Below, one piece after another: positions 1 through 10,624 of a stretch of DNA of 24,000 nucleotides. The notes under the pieces are model-generated. The model ran no database searches. It was not told where the DNA came from and worked only from the letters and a program-made list of their open reading frames with translations. This DNA comes from Ureaplasma urealyticum serovar 8 str. ATCC 27618 (GTDB taxonomy: Bacteria > Bacillota_I > Bacilli_A > Mycoplasmatales > Mycoplasmoidaceae). Location of the stretch: positions 464,642 through 488,641 of the forward strand of contig NZ_AAYN02000002.1 of NCBI RefSeq assembly GCF_000169535.1, given 5' to 3'. The position numbers and the translations under genes are program-made. Positions within the stretch are counted from its first letter, which is position 1; the number at the start of each line of letters is the position of its first letter.

Positions 1-591
1 CCTGAATGATATATTGAATCAGCTAATAAAATTAAATACATGTTCCCTAAAGCCCATGCGACAGCTTATGTTATGCACGCATGAAAGTTTGCGTGATATA
101 AGATTTATCATCCACTAGAATACTATGCAGCATTTTTTAGTGTTCGTGCTGATAATTTTGATTTGTTTGTAATTAATCAAGGAAAAGAGTTTATTGAAAA
201 AACTTACAATGATATTGAACAACGCTCAAAATCACGAGATCCACAAAAAAAAGTGAGTTCACGTGAACTTGCTTTACAACCAATTTATGAAATTGTGATT
301 GAATTATTAGCTCGGGGTTTTAAAATTTCAAATATTAGTATTGAACAATCACAGGCAACTAGTTATGTAATTGATAAACAAAATAATGCCATTATTCCAC
401 CATTTGTGGCTATTCAAGGCTTGGGTGAAACAGTGGCTAATTCCATTATTGAAGCACGTAATCAAAAAGCTTTTTCAACAATTGAAGATTTAAAAAATCG
501 AACAAAAATTTCACGAACTGATTTAAAAAATTTACGTGAATTAGGTGTATTAGATCATTTAAGTGAGACTGAACAATTAACATTATTTTAA
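1..591 (+). CDS. polC: DNA polymerase III PolC-type alpha subunit, C-terminal fragment (5' end lies outside the window)
   Basis: Frame 1 is open from base 1 if TGA=Trp: [54 protein letters not shown]. It runs into tracked ORF 163..591. The C-terminal helix-hairpin-helix-like stretch GLGETVANSIIEARNQKAFSTIEDLKNRTKISRTDLKNLRELGVLD is typical of PolC ends. TAA at 589-591. Confidence 0.9.
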
Positions 592-704
592 TTTTTGATA
601 TATAAAAACCCTTTATTTATTTTTTTAGTAGTATAAATTTAAGTGAGTTTATTTTTTAAACGAAATTATTTTCACTAAGGATAAGTAAGAAAGTAGATAC
701 AAAT

Positions 705-2345
705 ATGAAAAAAATAAATAAAAAGATTTTGTTTTCTTCATTGCTATTTGGAACTGTAGCTATTGGAACTGTTGCAGTTGCAACTGCATGTAGTGATGAT
801 AAGAAAACTAAAAAAACAATAAATACAGGTACTATTCAACCTGGAAGTAGTACAGGAACAACAAGTAAATCATTAACGCAAGAAAAAGTGTTAAGAAATG
901 AAATTATTTCTGAAATTTTGAATGCTAAATCTAAAAAACCAGATCGTGATAAGATGTGAGTTAATTGATGAAATAGTTCTTTTGAACAAGCACGAAAACT
1001 AGCGATGGAAATGGATAAAGCAGTTGATTTAACAAAATCTTCAAATTTTAAAAAATTAATTGCTGAAGGGAAATACAAATCTACATTTAGTGCACAAATT
1101 GAAGATATTATTGCTAAAGTTAAACATGATATTAAAATGTATGCAGAATCACCATTTTGAAAAAAATGACGTGATGAAAAAAAGACTGTTATTACATTAG
1201 TAAATAATAACGCCCCTCGTGAAGATTTAGCAGCTATGAATGTAACATCAATTGATTTACCTGCTGATTTTCCAATTATTTATTCAAAACCTGATTATGA
1301 TGGTATTCCTGGATTAGGTGCACGTTTTCCAACGCCTAAATCAAAAGTAGCTCCTGAAAAATTATTAGATGATGGTTTCTCATTTGGGGATATTATTGTT
1401 GAAGATGGTTCTGAAACTCAAAAAGCAAATCTACCTGGTCAATTAACTGAATCATTTGAAAACACAGCTGATAAAGTAATTTATTTATACTACGATTCAG
1501 GTTTACCAGAAGCCTTTAAAAACAATCAACGCCAACCTGAAAAAATTAAACAATTTGAAGATTGAATGAAGAGTCAAAATGCTAATGATTTTATTGCAAA
1601 ACGCATGTTAAAAAATCCAAATAATAAGGATGATTTAATTGTTATGCCAATGAGTAGTTTATGATATGCAAGTTATGGTATTTTAGGGGTTAATTATTCA
1701 TTACATGCTCTATCAGAAGCATTTGGTATGCCAAAATCTGAATTAGATGCTTTAAAAGCTAAAGAAGAATTTAAAGTACCAACTCAATTATTTACATTAG
1801 TTAACCAAGATACAGATTTAAAAGAAGATAAAAAAACAATTAAAGATGAATGTGATCCTTTTAAATCGCACCGTGATCCAAATCATAAAATTGATTGAAA
1901 AGTTTGGGCAACAAACTCACAAGTTTTAGATATTGCTATTACTTTAGGACTAAAACCTGATTTATTAGTAAATGGTGAATTATCAACAAGTGGACATGAA
2001 GAAAGACAATTAGCTTTATATTTATCAGAATATATTAATGGACCACTAAAAGATTGTAGAACAATCACTCCAAGTGATGGAATTCGTTGAGAAACAACAT
2101 CATTAACTAAAATTAAAGATTTAAATGTTAACTTGATTCTAGCTGGAATTCATGGGGAAGCTGCAACAAAAATGTTTGGTGCATTAATGAATGAACATAA
2201 AGAAATTGCTAATTTTGCAATTACTAACCGTCGATTTAGTGATGAAACAAGAAAAGTAGTTGCTCCTCAAGATCGTGATCAATACTCTCAAAATGCAGCT
2301 CTTGTTGATTGAGAAGATTACTTAAAAACAAAAGACTTACATTAA
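705..2345 (+). CDS. Putative surface lipoprotein (about 546 aa), function unknown
   Basis: N-terminus MKKINKKILFSSLLFGTVAIGTVAVATAC has basic residues, a hydrophobic core and a lipobox Cys. Tracked ORFs 705..959 and 1236..1565 are in the same frame (pos mod 3 = 0). They join through in-frame TGA codons and no TAA/TAG occurs until TAA 2343-2345. The C-terminal part (VLDIAITLGLKPD, KIKDLNVNLILAG) faintly resembles periplasmic-binding-protein folds, which is a weak impression only. Confidence 0.75.
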
Positions 2346-2377
2346 TTTTTAAGTAAAGATAAAGATTATAATACAAT

Positions 2378-2420
2378 AAAAAATCCATCTTATTATGTTT
2401 ATAATAAAGATGGTTTTTTA
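2378..2420. terminator. Bidirectional rho-independent terminator between convergent genes
   Basis: Hairpin CCATCTTATTAT (2385-2396) / ATAATAAAGATGG (2401-2413) with one bulge. It is flanked by an A-run on the left and T-run 2414-2419 on the right, so it works on both strands. It lies between TAA 2343-2345 (+ gene) and the stop at 2421-2423 (- gene). Confidence 0.6.
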
Positions 2421-3224
2421 TTATTTATTTAATTTTTGCAAATAAAAATCAGCTTTTTGATAAGCATTTTCCCCATATATCTTAATTTTTAATTCATTAG
2501 TTTTTAAAAAAGCGTTTGTAGCTCATAAAAACCCATAATATGATGTTAAAAATAAGTATTTATAAATCAAATGTTCGTCATATCCTAATTTTTCTTTTAT
2601 AAAAGAAATTCCAAAATTCAATTGTGTATCATTTAGATCCCTTAAAAAATTAAATAAATCTCAATCTTTTAAATTTCTGCTACTATATTCAAAATCAATT
2701 AATATAAAAAGATTTTCGCATTCATTTGCTAAAATATTATTAATTGAAAAATCGTTGTGGGCTAAAACAAGTTTAGTTTTTTTTACTTCTTGCTCATAAA
2801 TAGATTTAAAATATGCAGCTAATGGATCATTTTTTACCAAAGGCAGATAAGATAAGTAATCAAAATCTTTAATTTTAATTTTTTTGTTAATGGTTAACGT
2901 TTGTAATTCTTTGATATTATGAATCACGTTAGCCATAAATCATTCATTAATTACATAAGGTTTTTTGACATTTATTTTTTGACTAATTAGATGATGAGAT
3001 TGTTGATCATAATAAAAATAACCTTTAAAAAATTTAGTAAACAAATAATGTTCTAAAGTATTTCCCTTTTTGATTTTAATTCTAATATATCAACTTAAAT
3101 TAATTATGTCTACAACTTCAAATACCTGATTAGTTCAAGCATCTAAAACAATTTGAATCGATTTAAAATTGTGAAAATCAATATTGATAAAATTAATTAA
3201 TAATGATTTTGCTCAATTTTTCAT
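2421..3224 (-). CDS. Choline/ethanolamine kinase-like phosphotransferase (APH/ChoK fold, LicA-like)
   Basis: Joins tracked ORF 2661..2936 with flanking in-frame segments through TGA=Trp. Start MKNWAKSLLINF at 3222-3224, stop TAA (complement of 2421-2423). Contains the Brenner-type catalytic loop LVLAHNDFSINNIL and the choline-kinase motif LILIDFEYSSRNLKDWDLFNFL. Confidence 0.72.
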
Positions 3225-3730
3225 TAATTTTGATTTTTAAAATATTTTATTAATTCATTAACAAATTGATTTAAACGCGCTTGATCTTGATTAATTGCAC
3301 CATAATAATAAAAACTTTTTTGAATACTTGCTCGTAATTTTTTTAGCATTCCATTTACATTATTCAAATATTCTTCAACTGAAATGTTATTAATATTAGG
3401 ATCTTTTTTTTCATAAAAATCTTGATTAGCCCCAGTTGTGATGATTTTATAAACTTCTTTATTTTCTAAACTAAAAGGAAAAGTTCTTCAAACTTCTATA
3501 AAATAACGTGATAATGATCAAGGAATGTTATATCAATTTAGCGTAAACAATAAAATAATTCGATCAAATCCTAAGATAAATTCTTGCTCTTTTAAAACAT
3601 CAAAAGGTTGATTTGCATCAAGATTAACACAAACAAAATTTGTTTGTTTTTGAAAAGCTTCAAAAATTTGTTGTGTATGAAACGATTTAGTTGGACAAAC
3701 ACGTGCGTATAAAACTAATGTTTTTTTCAT
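3224..3730 (-). CDS. Flavodoxin-like fold NAD(P)H oxidoreductase (Flavodoxin_2 / KefG-YwrO-like)
   Basis: ATG at 3728-3730 is preceded by AAGGAG (AAGGAGTTAAATAACATG on the - strand). Sequence MKKTLVLYARVCPTKSFHTQQIFEAF...DRIILLFTLNWYNIPWSLSRYFIEVW matches the Flavodoxin_2 pattern (short N-terminal strand, then the 'fPlyW..iPa.lK..iD.v' block). It continues through TGA at 3533-3535 to TAA at 3224-3226. That stop overlaps the downstream ATG by 1 nt (TAATG). Confidence 0.68.
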
Positions 3731-3873
3731 GTTATTTAACTCCTTAAATTTATTTATTAAATTAAAACATAATTTAATAAAAATTGAAATTAACATTTTA
3801 TAAAATTTTGATTAATTTTGAAAAATTATAGATAAAAAACATTACATTATAAAATTGATTTTATAAAAAATAA

Positions 3874-5628
3874 TTATATTTTATTTAGTTTTTCACGTAG
3901 ATTAACTAAGACATTTTTAGGTAAAAATTGTAATAATTCTTGATCAGATGCACTTTTTAAATCGTTAATACTATCATAATAATTTAAAAGTTCATTTAAA
4001 CGCTTTTTACCTAGACCTTGAACATCATTTAATAAAGAATTAAAAATAGATTTTGTGTGTTTGTTTCTTAAAAATGAAATGGCATAATTGTGAACATCAT
4101 TTTGCATATTTGCTAAAAACTTATATAAAACACTTTTACGATCTAAAATAATTTCATCACCATTAGCTAAAACAATAGCATTAGTTTTGTGTTTTTGATC
4201 TTTTTTTAATCCTATTAATGGAATACTTATTTGTAATTGTTCTAAAGCATACAAAGCTGCATTAACTTGTAGTTTTCCTCCATCTACTACGATTAGATTG
4301 GGTAATTTTTGATGTTGTGAAACTAATCGTTGATAACGTCTTGTGATAACTTCGATCATAAAATGATAATCAGAAGCATTTTTAGTTGTCATTAAATTAT
4401 ATTTACGATTTAATTTATTATTTAATTTACCATTTTGGTAAACAATCATTCCAGCAATTGGTAAACTTAAATTAATATTAGAGTTATCAAAACACTCAAT
4501 CATACTTAAATCTGACAACTTTAAAATTTGCTTTAATTGATTTAAAGCCTCATCTAATTCGTTTTGTTTATTAATTACACTCTTAATATTAGAATCAAAA
4601 TATAAAATCGCATTATCAAAAGCTAATTTAAGAATTTGTTTGTGAAATTTCGTTTGCGCATTAATAAATTTTGTCTTAAATCTTTGTGATAAAGCTAATA
4701 AATTATCATCATCTAAACTCACAATAATTTTTGTACTAATTTTATTTTGTGAATAGTATTGCATTAAAAATGAAGTTATTAATTCATTAATTTCATGATC
4801 ATAAATAGCAAATGTATCAGCACTTTTATTTAATAATTTACCCTTAACATAATTAAAAATAATAATTACTAAATAATTGTTTTTTTCATAAAAACCTACA
4901 ACATCAAAACTTTCATTATTATCTAATTGTACTAAACCTGAGTTAATAATATAAGTAAGTGCTTTTTGTTGCTCAGCATATTTTTGAGCATTTTCAAAAT
5001 CTAATTTAGCAACTGCATGTTGTTCTTTATTTTCTAAAATAGCTAAAATATGATCTAAATTACCTTTAAAAATTTCTTTAACTTCAGCAATTGCTTTTTC
5101 ATATGTCTGCGGTTGTACTTGATTTATGCATTGATGAAGATCATAGTAAATGCATTTTTGATGGGGTTGGTGATTACATTTATTAAATGGAAATATACTA
5201 TTTAATAAGTTAAATAATTGATATTTATTTGTACTATCAGCTAATGGACCAAAATAAATTCCTTTATTTTTATCATAAGTACGAACATATTTTAATCGTG
5301 GATATTGTTCGTTTGTAATCATGATATAAGGATAGTTAGAACCATCTTTTAGTAAGATATTATATTTTGGGCGATGTGTTTTAATTAAATTATTTTCTAA
5401 AATTAAAGCTTCATTAACATTATTAACCACAATGTATTCAAGATCTTTAATATTACTTACTAATTTACTAGTTTTATTATCTTTTGGACCATTAAAATAT
5501 GAATGTGTTCTATTATATAAATCTTTGGCTTTACCAATATAAATAATTTGATCAAATTCATCTTTTCACAAATAACAACCAGGTTTGTGAGGAATTAATT
5601 TTAATTTAGTTTTTAATAAATCATTCAT
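3874..5628 (-). CDS. uvrC: Excinuclease ABC subunit C
   Basis: Tracked ORF 3874..5430 extends upstream through an in-frame TGA to ATG 5626-5628. The N-terminus [45 protein letters not shown] is a GIY-YIG domain. It is followed by [17 protein letters not shown], and a C-terminal HhH region [27 protein letters not shown]. Confidence 0.93.
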
Positions 5629-6602
5629 TAACAAAAACTTTTATTAAACAAAGACTTTGGTGTTAGATTTTCATTAATAACTTCGTATAAACTTTCAAAA
5701 AGTGGAGCATCAATTTGCTTTGTTTTAATAATTTCATAAATCACTTTAATATTATTTAAACCTTCAACTGTTTTTTGTTTATTTTCTAAAGCTGTTTGCA
5801 CTCCTTGTTGTGCAACTAATAAGCCAAAACTAAAATTACGTGATTTTTGATCAGTGCAAGTTAAAATGGTATCACCAATAAAAAAGTATTCTAAAGGATT
5901 AACTTTTTTTTGATAAATTGTTTCTAAAATTAATTGCATTTCATTAATTCCTTTAGTTAAAAAAGCTACTAATGAATTGTGTGATTTTTCTAATCCATAA
6001 ATAATGCCACAACCAATTGCTAAAGCATTTTTAAAACAAGAAATATAATTAGCAACTTCAAATTGTTTTGATAAAACGCATTTAAATCAATCATTTTCAA
6101 ATGCTTGCTTTGTTTTTATAAGTGCATCTAAATCAGTTCCTACTAAATTAACAACTGTTGGTTTTTTTAAGAAAACATCAATAGCAAATGAAGGACCAAC
6201 TAATCCAATTAAGGCTTTGATTTTTAAATTTTGTTGAATATAATCACATCATGAAGATTTTGTTTCAAGATTTAATCCTTTAGCAGCATTAACAACTATA
6301 GCTTGTGATAAATCAAGTGTTTTAATACTATCAACAAAGTTTTTAATAGCAAATGAAGGAATAACAATCACAATAAAATCATAGTGATTTTTAAGTGCTA
6401 AATGAATATCTAAATAAGTATTATTAATTGGTTGGCTTAATTTTTGATCTTGAAAATAAGTTGTATTTTTTTGGTTTTGTTGTAAATCATTTAGTTCGTT
6501 TTGATTAATTCCATAAACATCAACTGTGTGATGGTTTGAAACTAAAACTTGTGTTAAAGCACTTCCAAAAGCACCACTTCCAATAATTAAAATTTTACTC
6601 AT
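5628..6602 (-). CDS. gpsA: NAD(P)H-dependent glycerol-3-phosphate dehydrogenase
   Basis: Tracked ORFs 6249..6602 and 5628..5939 are in frame and join via TGA codons. Rossmann N-terminus MSKILIIGSGAFGSALTQVL. Central GPSFAIDV and KNALAIGCGIIYGL. C-terminal FIGDTILTCTDQKSRNFSFG. GGGGAG RBS lies before ATG 6600-6602. The stop TAA overlaps the uvrC ATG (TAATG, 5626-5630). Confidence 0.88.
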
Positions 6603-6611
6603 AATTAATAA

Positions 6612-7941
6612 CTACTCCCCTCGTAATTTTTTGTTTTTATCTTGTCAATACAATGTTATTGGTACACTATCAAATCCAAACGCTTTACGAATTTCATTTT
6701 CAATGTAACGAGCATAACTAAAATGTAAAAATTTTGGATTATTACATTTTAAAACAAAAGTAGGAATTTGTGATTGGACTTGAACAACGTATGAAATACT
6801 AATTCTTCCACCTTTAAAAGGAGGCGGTTCTTGAAAGGCGTTCGCTTTAATAACTACATCATTTAATAAAGAAGTAGCAACCTTGCGCATTGCTTGCTCA
6901 CGCACAAGTTCAATAGTTTCAAAAATAGTGTGAATTCTTTTATTATCTAAAGCACTAATAAAAACAATTGGTGCTCATGATAAGTATTTAAATTGTGAAC
7001 GAATTTGTTTTTTGACCATTTCCATTGTATGACTATTTTTATTAGCGATATTATCTCACTTATTCACAACAATAATGGTAGGAATATTAGCATCATATGC
7101 TAAACCACCTACAACTTCATCTTGTTCTTTAAATGGCTCTGATCCATCAAGTACTAATAAAATTAATTGTGATCTTTCAATCGCTTTTTGTGTTCGTAAA
7201 ACAGCATATTTTTCTACTGCTTCAACAATTTTGCCTTTTCGTCGTACTCCTGCTGTATCAATGATTGTATATTTTTTATTATGATAACTAAAGTCATTAT
7301 CAATTGAATCACGTGTTGAACCAGCTTCAGCGTTAACAATCATTCTTTGTTCACCTAAAATAGTATTAGTTAATGAACTTTTACCAACATTAGGCCTTCC
7401 AATAATGCAAAATTTAAAACGTTCTTGTTGCTCTAAAGCATTTTGAATTGGCATATCTTTTACTAATTCATCTAAAAGATCACCCATTCCAATTCCATGT
7501 TCAGCTGAAATTTTAAAAAATTTACCAAATCCAAATGAATATAATTCGCCCTCATTAAAATAATATTTTTCAGATTCAACCTTATTTACGACCAAAATAA
7601 CTTTTTTATCTTTTGCTTTTTCTTTTAACATTTTAGCGATTTTTTTATCATCATTATTAATGCCATCTTTTGCTGAAACTAAAAAAATAATTGTATTTGC
7701 TTCATTAATGGCAAATAAAACTTGTTCGTTAATGTTATCTTGATAAGTATCTTCAGAACTAATTATTCCACCAGTGTCAATTAACATAAAGTCTCTTGTT
7801 AGTCAATTTCCAACATCATAAATTCGATCTCTTGTTACTCCAGGTTGATCATCCACAATCGATTTTCGTCGCATTAAAATACGATTAAATAGTGATGATT
7901 TACCAACATTTGGCTTTCCAACAATAGCAATAGTTCTCATA
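6612..7941 (-). CDS. der: Ribosome-associated GTPase Der/EngA (double GTPase + KH-like domain); the 5' end carries an apparent 1-nt frame disruption
   Basis: Tracked ORFs 7056..7787 and 6645..6905 are in frame and join via TGA. GD1 has [13 protein letters not shown] and DTGG. GD2 has [14 protein letters not shown] and [10 protein letters not shown]. The C-terminal KH-like domain ends ...[15 protein letters not shown], with TAG at 6612-6614. ATG 7939-7941 has a good RBS (AAGGAAG plus 5 nt) and encodes MRTIAIV, but it is +1 out of frame with GKPNVGKS (see finding). Confidence 0.85.
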
Positions 7942-8079
7942 AATTCTTCCTTTTTAGTTACAAACATTATATGTAATTATAATAAAAACCATTTAATAAT
8001 GCTTGATTAAGCAATTTATATTTATATTTTTAATATAAACTACCCTTATTTTACCAACATTTAAATAAAGGGTGATTTT

Positions 8080-9177
8080 GTGATTAATAATACATTTAAA
8101 ACTAAAAATTATTACATTAGTTTTTTAATTTTAGCAACTAGTATTGCTTGCTGTTTTTATTATAATAATTTTTGAATTTTAATAGTTAATGTTTGTCAAT
8201 TTTATTGACTATACCAAATTAAATTTAATTATAAATTAATTATTTTAATAATCGTTTTTAGTATTTTATGTTTTGCTTTATGCTTATTAATTCACAAAAA
8301 TTTTAACACCCATTATTTAATAACAAATCTTGAAAAAGAATGCGATTGATCATTAAGAAAACAAATCATAGTGTATTTGAGTAAAAAATATTTAAACAAA
8401 AATACTTTAATGTTAATTAAGTTAATGATTTTTAATGAAAAAGTTAGTGGTAATTTTAAACAAATTTTATACGATCTTAATATTGCTCATTTATTTATTG
8501 TTTCCGGATTACACTTGAACATTTTTCTTTTAATTATTAATAAAATCTTTTTTAAAAAATGACCAAAAATAAGTTTTGTAATAGGAATATGTTTTTTAAT
8601 TTTTTATGGATATTTACTTGAATTTTCAATTGGTTTTATTCGTGTTTTTATTATGCATATTTTATCCATTAAATTTTTTCAAAAAATTTCTAAAATGGAT
8701 AAATTAGCAATTAGTGGTCTAATTATTGCTTCTTTAAGTATTTATAACTTATCAATGCTTAGTTTTATTTTTGCATATTTAGCTTTGTTTTGTATTTATC
8801 TTCTTAATCTTTTTATAAAAGACAATTCAATTTTAAAAAATATTTATATAAATTTATATATTTTATCGATTACTTTCATTATATCGATCAATTTAAATGA
8901 AAAAATAAATTTTTTAAGTATTATTTTTGGTTATGTAATGAATCTGCCAATTCTTTTTGTTTATCAAGTTCTTTTTTGATTCATGTTCATCCCTCATTTT
9001 GAAGTTGTTTTAGATGGAGTTACTAATATATTAGTAAAAGCAATTTATTTTATTAATGAAATTGATGCAAACATTTACATTAAAAACTATTCAGAAATCA
9101 TTACGATTTTTTATACAAGTATTTGGTTAACAATCTCGCTTTGAATTTATTACAAAAAAATATTAAAAAAAGTATAA
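8080..9177 (+). CDS. ComEC/Rec2-like competence-domain membrane protein (short form, about 365 aa)
   Basis: GTG 8080 is the only start in frame after TAA 8062-8064, with AAAGGGTGA upstream. Tracked ORFs 8371..8562 and 8653..8979 share this frame and join via TGA. The protein is polytopic and hydrophobic. It carries the competence-domain signature NIAHLFIVSGLHLNIF (compare the ComEC 'HLLAISGLHI' pattern). TAA at 9175-9177. No metallo-beta-lactamase-like C-terminal domain is present. Confidence 0.68.
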
Positions 9178-9201
9178 GAAATGTGCTATTTTTCAAAGTC
9201 A

Positions 9202-9257
9202 TGATATATAATATAGTTGCCAAGTGTAAAAAAGTGGGGAAAAATGTATAAAAATGT
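9202..9257 (+). promoter_or_regulatory. mraZ promoter (-10 TATAAT 9207-9212, TG at 9202-9203) followed by an MraZ operator array of 10-bp-spaced direct repeats
   Basis: Heptamers CAAGTGT (9221-9227), AAAGTGG (9231-9237), AAAATGT (9241-9247) and AAAATGT (9251-9257, containing the mraZ ATG) are each separated by 3 nt. This matches the Mollicutes MraZ box described as AAAGTG[T/G] direct repeats with 3-nt spacers. Confidence 0.6.
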
Positions 9258-9691
9258 TTATTGGTACTTATAATCATTCCATCGATTCTAAAAATCGTAT
9301 GCTAATCCCATCAAAAGTTAAAGCAACGTTAAACGAAGTCACTTTTGTTTATTTATCACTTGGTTTTGATGAGAATATAGATATGAGATTAGAAAGTGAA
9401 TTTAATCAATTTGTTGACAACATTAATAATTTACCAATTGGTTCAAGAGAAGCTCGAAACCTTACAAGATTACTTTTAAGTCAAACTTATAAGGTAGAAA
9501 TTGATAGTGCATCAAGAATTTTAATACCACAAAATCTTATTGATAAAGCCAAGATCAAAAAAGATATTTACATTATTGGAACAAATGATCGCTATGAAAT
9601 TTGAGCAAAAGAAGTCTATGATGACTTTAGTTTAAATCAAGAAGATACGCTAAGTGATTTAGCTGAAAAATTATTAATTAATGGAATTTAA
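9254..9691 (+). CDS. mraZ: Transcriptional regulator MraZ
   Basis: MFIGTYNHSIDSKNRMLIPSK is the canonical MraZ N-terminus (first DxxxR-type SpoVT/AbrB-like repeat). A second repeat is EIDSASRILIPQNL. The gene continues through TGA 9602-9604 to TAA 9689-9691 and overlaps the rsmH start by 11 nt. Confidence 0.9.
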
Positions 9692-10607
9692 TCAACACAC
9701 TACTGTTTTATTAAACGAAACAATTGAATTATTACACGTAAAACCTGATGGTATCTATGTAGATTGCACATTTGGTCGTGGAGGACATTCACAACTTATC
9801 TTAAAAAAACTTTCAAAAAAAGGTAAATTAATTTGTATAGATCAAGACCAACAGGCAATTGATTTTGCAAACAATTTATTCAAAGACAATCCAAATGTAA
9901 TTGTTATTAAAACTAATTTTAAAAATTTAAAATCAGTTTTATATGATCATCAAATCTTTCATGTTGATGGTTTTGTATTTGATTTAGGTTTATCAAGTCC
10001 GCAACTTGATGATCCAGAACGTGGTTTTAGTTATCATAAAGATGCTTTATTAGATATGCGAATGGATCAAGAACAGAAATTAAATGCTCACTATATTGTT
10101 AATCATTATTCTTTTGCAAAATTAGTGAATATCTTTACAAAATATGGTGAAATAAAATACGCTAAAACGATTGCTAATGGGATTGTTAAAGAACGTAGCA
10201 CTAAAGCGATTAATACAACACTAGAATTAGTTGAAATCATTAAAAATTATTCTCCTAAAAAAATATTATTTGAGAAAAAACATCCTGCACGCTTGTTTTT
10301 TCAAGCAATTCGAATAGAAGTTAATGATGAATTAAATATTCTCGAAAAAGCATTTAATGATGCTATTTCAATGTTAAATCCTTTAGGCGTTGTTGCAATT
10401 ATTAGTTTTCATAGTCTTGAAGATAAAATTGTTAAAAAAGTTTTTAATAATTATGCAAAAAATAAATTACCTAAAGAAATTCCATTAAACAATTATGTAA
10501 ATCAATATAGTTTACTGAATCAAAAAATTATGCCAAGTACCCAAGAATTAAACGATAACAATCGTTCACGATCATCAATTTTAAGAGGATTAGTTAAAAA
10601 TTATTAA
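9681..10607 (+). CDS. rsmH: 16S rRNA (cytosine1402-N4)-methyltransferase RsmH (MraW)
   Basis: HTTVLLNETIELLHVKPDGIYVDCTFGRGGHSQLIL contains the SAM-binding motif. Also DGFVFDLGLSSPQLDDPERGFSY and ISFHSLEDKIVK, all classic RsmH blocks. Confidence 0.93.
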   Translation: MEFNQHTTVLLNETIELLHVKPDGIYVDCTFGRGGHSQLILKKLSKKGKLICIDQDQQAIDFANNLFKDNPNVIVIKTNFKNLKSVLYDHQIFHVDGFVFDLGLSSPQLDDPERGFSYHKDALLDMRMDQEQKLNAHYIVNHYSFAKLVNIFTKYGEIKYAKTIANGIVKERSTKAINTTLELVEIIKNYSPKKILFEKKHPARLFFQAIRIEVNDELNILEKAFNDAISMLNPLGVVAIISFHSLEDKIVKKVFNNYAKNKLPKEIPLNNYVNQYSLLNQKIMPSTQELNDNNRSRSSILRGLVKNY

Positions 10608-10624
10608 ATATGGAGGATTTTATT

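Noticed and set aside
836-1078. 80-aa ORF on the - strand inside the lipoprotein gene
   Set aside because: It is antisense to a long, coherent + strand CDS with a lipoprotein signal. It has no RBS and a low-complexity composition, which is typical of shadow ORFs in AT-rich DNA.
1883-2068. 61-aa ORF on the - strand
   Set aside because: Antisense shadow ORF within the lipoprotein CDS, with no supporting signals.
3731-3796. N-terminal extension MLISIFIKLCFNLINKFKELNN of tracked ORF 3533..3796
   Set aside because: An AAGGAG RBS sits immediately before the internal ATG at 3730, and the flavodoxin-like fold starts with MKKTLVLY. The extension is AT-rich promoter-like DNA.
3793-3862. Imperfect direct repeat ACATTTTATAAAATTTTGATT / ACATTATAAAATTGATTTT in the uvrC-downstream intergenic region
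   Set aside because: It needs two indels to align and is composed of TTTATAAA-type low-complexity sequence. It probably reflects promoter or AT-rich spacer composition for the 3730 gene rather than a defined element.
7075-7284. 69-aa ORF on the + strand
   Set aside because: Antisense to the second GTPase domain of der, whose conserved motifs fix the real frame on the - strand.
10610-10624. MEDFI extension of the FtsA-position ORF
   Set aside because: These codons spell the Shine-Dalgarno sequence TGGAGGA itself. ATG 10625 at 7-nt spacing is the better start.
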